A stretch of DNA of 64,000 nucleotides from a virus (lineage: Duplodnaviria; Heunggongvirae; Uroviricota; Caudoviricetes): positions 1 through 64,000 of IMG/VR virus record IMGVR_UViG_3300033463_000001. One strand, given 5' to 3'. Under the pieces are notes generated by a model. That model was not told where the DNA came from and did not search any database. It saw only the letters and a program-made list of their open reading frames with translations. The number at the start of each line of letters is the position of its first letter. Position 1 is the stretch's first letter. A program made the position numbers and the translations under genes. Of this stretch, positions 61,587 to 64,000 are shown piece by piece.

Positions 61587-62300
61587 TTAACGCAGGGTAA
61601 AGGAATAACGTGATGTGCTCTCCGCCTTAATCTTACCTTTAGGGGTCTTGATTACGAAGTGCGGGAACGTGTATTGCGTGCCGTAACGCTCACTCTCATA
61701 GTTGCCACGATTACAATCTTCGAACTCGTCCGTCTTCTCCATCTCCATTGAGATAGTGTCTCGTCCGGTTTTGTTAGCGCGCAGCCACTCCAAGATATTC
61801 GTGCAGTAGGTCTCGTTCTCCGCCATGTAGTTGACATTAGAGAGACTATCGTCCGAACGCTTGCGGCAGTTGTCTGCTATGTACATGTCCGTCAAGCCAA
61901 TGGTGGGCAGACCTTGCTTAATGAGCCACTTGTTCAACTTCGTGAATGCCTTACTCTCTTGCAGGCGGACGATAGAAGTGATTATCTCTACTTCATTGTA
62001 GATAGGGCAACGGAATATGTCGGTGCGTCCGCTATCAAGGAACGCTTTGCGCTTGCTCACCACAAGTCCCAACGCTTTGGCTGCTTTCTCAACGTGTTCA
62101 CTCGCCCTATCGTAGCCTAACACCTTGTCTTCGAAAGTCACGTTGCCGACCTTGTTCACGTAGTGGTGCAACTTCGCATCTTTCCATACTGCCCCGATAC
62201 GGCATTCCGAGAAATCTACGTCAACACGCTTTGAAGTCTTGAGAGCGGCATTGATAGCCTGCTTGATATTCTCAATCGTGAAAGTCAGTTTCTTATCCAT
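61587..62300 (-). CDS. Hypothetical early protein
   Basis: ATG 62300 follows the leader hairpin. Confidence 0.75.
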   Translation of the reverse strand: MDKKLTFTIENIKQAINAALKTSKRVDVDFSECRIGAVWKDAKLHHYVNKVGNVTFEDKVLGYDRASEHVEKAAKALGLVVSKRKAFLDSGRTDIFRCPIYNEVEIITSIVRLQESKAFTKLNKWLIKQGLPTIGLTDMYIADNCRKRSDDSLSNVNYMAENETYCTNILEWLRANKTGRDTISMEMEKTDEFEDCNRGNYESERYGTQYTFPHFVIKTPKGKIKAESTSRYSFTLR

Positions 62301-62546
62301 AATTTCAGTCGGTTTGAGTACCACCACCGAAAGGCTCTAAAGGGTTGTTTTCAAAAATCTGTGCAAAGATAAGTAAAATTTTTGAAATATGCAAATATTT
62401 TGGAAAAAATCGTGCAAAAAAGTTTATTTTGCTAAGTTCACTTTGCAAAATGGGGGCTTTCGACCCCCATTCGCTCCGGACACTCATTGTATGAAATATT
62501 ATTCAAAATGAGCAAAAACACGGCTTTTTGCGTAATATTTTATACA

Positions 62547-63545
62547 TTAGTACGTACCGGCTGTGTTGTTTTCCCACTTATCAACCAACTCGTCCCAATC
62601 GGTCAGGGAGAAATCCTTGTTTCGGTAGCAATAGCAGCCGAGATAGTTGGAGATTTTGCCCCAAAGGTCATCATCGTCCTCATAAGTAGTGGGGTCTCCG
62701 TCCTTTGCCAAACGCTCTTTGACGAAAGCGATGAACTTCTCTTCCAAGAAGTACGATAGGTCTTCTGCGAAGTCTATCTCATGCAGGAGCGTACTGAAAC
62801 ATTGCCAATCAACCTCTTCCAGCACGAAGTTAGTTACACGCTCAACGAACTCATCAAACCATTGACTATCAGCAAAAGCGGGAAACGTCCACTTAACCAA
62901 CTCTATGGTCTCTTTCAATGCGCTTTGATAGGTGCAGACACCACCCCACTCAATCAGACGTGCGAGGTTGCTATCGTTGATAATTATCTCATCATCGTTG
63001 AAGTCGCATTCGGCTATATAGCAGACGTTGTTCGTCTTGTTCTTAACTTCGTTCATGTCCTTGAACACATAGCCGTTATCGGTATGTCCGGCAGTATAGC
63101 GGACACCGCCCTCTACTTCCTCTCTTGTGCCAACCATAGGCTCGTATTCGTAATCGTACATGAACGATATGAAGTTCACGTCAAGAATGGAGAAACCAAA
63201 GCGTGTGGGACGGAAATAGTAGTCTTTGTCTTCCTGCGTCTCCGTATAGGCTGTAATCTCATTGAGATAGTCAACGCGAGACGTGAAGTCGGCAGGCAGG
63301 AAGTCCACTTGCGAGCAGAGACTAACCACTTCGCCAATGTACTTGACACATTGTGTGCCACCCTCAAATGACTTTCCGTCACGTGTGATGAAGACGCAAT
63401 CGTCCTCAACCGCACCATTATCGTGGCGAACCAGCACGTTGATTGCTATCGGCATGGGGAGATTTCCGTGTAAAACGTGACCCATATCATTCTCAACCAA
63501 AAAGTCCTCAAAAGTCTGCATTAACTTGCGTTCTACTGCATTCAT
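62547..63545 (-). CDS. Hypothetical acidic protein
   Basis: 332-aa ORF. Confidence 0.75.
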   Translation of the reverse strand: MNAVERKLMQTFEDFLVENDMGHVLHGNLPMPIAINVLVRHDNGAVEDDCVFITRDGKSFEGGTQCVKYIGEVVSLCSQVDFLPADFTSRVDYLNEITAYTETQEDKDYYFRPTRFGFSILDVNFISFMYDYEYEPMVGTREEVEGGVRYTAGHTDNGYVFKDMNEVKNKTNNVCYIAECDFNDDEIIINDSNLARLIEWGGVCTYQSALKETIELVKWTFPAFADSQWFDEFVERVTNFVLEEVDWQCFSTLLHEIDFAEDLSYFLEEKFIAFVKERLAKDGDPTTYEDDDDLWGKISNYLGCYCYRNKDFSLTDWDELVDKWENNTAGTY

Positions 63546-63576
63546 AATCGTATGATTTTAAAAGATGAAACATTGT

Positions 63577-63981
63577 TTAGAAGATAGGTGCGAACTTCCT
63601 ATCTTCCACCTTGTACATTGTGAAGACCACGTTCGCTTGGTCGTAGTTATCGTAGCCGAATATGTCTTGGTAGTTCTCCAAGTTCTGCTCTTCGCGAATG
63701 CTGCGCATGTCCTCTTTGACCAATGCTGCATAATCGTCCCCATAAATCTCATCAGGAATGTATGCGAGCCGGCTCAAAACTCCGTACGTGTTCAAGACAC
63801 CTCTCTTCACGTAGTTCTTCAAGGAACGCATAGCCGCGCGCTTATTCGTGAAAAACGCTACACCCTCGTCATAGTACGCATGCTGCTTATCATATACCCC
63901 AGCATAACTATCATACTCATCATTGTCCTTGCGGAGCAGAACTCCAACCTCCACCTTGTAGATATTGATTACTCTCTTCAT
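63577..63981 (-). CDS. Hypothetical protein
   Basis: 134-aa ORF. Confidence 0.7.
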   Translation of the reverse strand: MKRVINIYKVEVGVLLRKDNDEYDSYAGVYDKQHAYYDEGVAFFTNKRAAMRSLKNYVKRGVLNTYGVLSRLAYIPDEIYGDDYAALVKEDMRSIREEQNLENYQDIFGYDNYDQANVVFTMYKVEDRKFAPIF

Positions 63982-64000
63982 AGCCGTACGTGTGTTTAGT

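Noticed and set aside
48254-62450. CRISPR array or MITE family suggested by the repeated intergenic sequence
   Set aside because: Copies are separated by whole genes, match the host promoter consensus, and show no spacer periodicity or target-site duplications.
1-64000. Alternative genetic code (TAG read as Gln, as in Lak and some crAss phages) or a suppressor tRNA
   Set aside because: Long genes are intact in code 11, the IMPDH/GMPR gene ends at a natural position with TAG, and no CTA, TTA or TCA anticodon was found. The TAG, TAA and TGA anticodons are Leu, Leu and Ser.
44000-64000. Plus-strand ORFs such as 55431-56252 and 62781-63371
   Set aside because: They are antisense shadows of well-formed minus-strand genes that have promoters and leaders.

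Overview
64 kb of a large (jumbo-type) dsDNA phage genome in the standard genetic code. The host is very probably a Bacteroidota (Prevotella/Bacteroides-like), because 15 promoters match the Bacteroidota sigma-70 consensus TTTG-N19-21-TAnnTTTG. Layout: 1-20 kb holds host-takeover and metabolic genes (HD hydrolase, DnaK, CCA-adding enzyme, ATPase, nucleotidyltransferase, GNAT, IMPDH/GMP reductase, CofE-like ligase, zinc-ribbon homing endonuclease). 20-35 kb is a dense minus-strand array of small paralogous ORFs (YopX x4, DUF551 and others). 35.5-36.4 kb is a non-coding, skew-switching region. 36.9-43.7 kb is a minus-strand array of 20 tRNAs interleaved with several unannotated structured RNAs. 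44-64 kb holds early-type genes behind a repeated promoter module, plus one more tRNA. Top finding: a ~290-nt RNA between tRNA-Gln and tRNA-Trp reproduces the 23S rRNA uL11-binding domain (GTPase-associated centre, H43-H44) with compensatory base changes and carries a 210-nt insertion, so it is a candidate phage-encoded rRNA mimic. Also notable: a tRNA-Tyr lacking a D-stem, five short-arm tRNA-Leu paralogs including an AAG anticodon, a 24-bp palindrome at helically phased distance from ten promoters, and a covarying 5'-UTR hairpin in eight genes. All coordinates and pairings were read by eye; no folding or database search was run.
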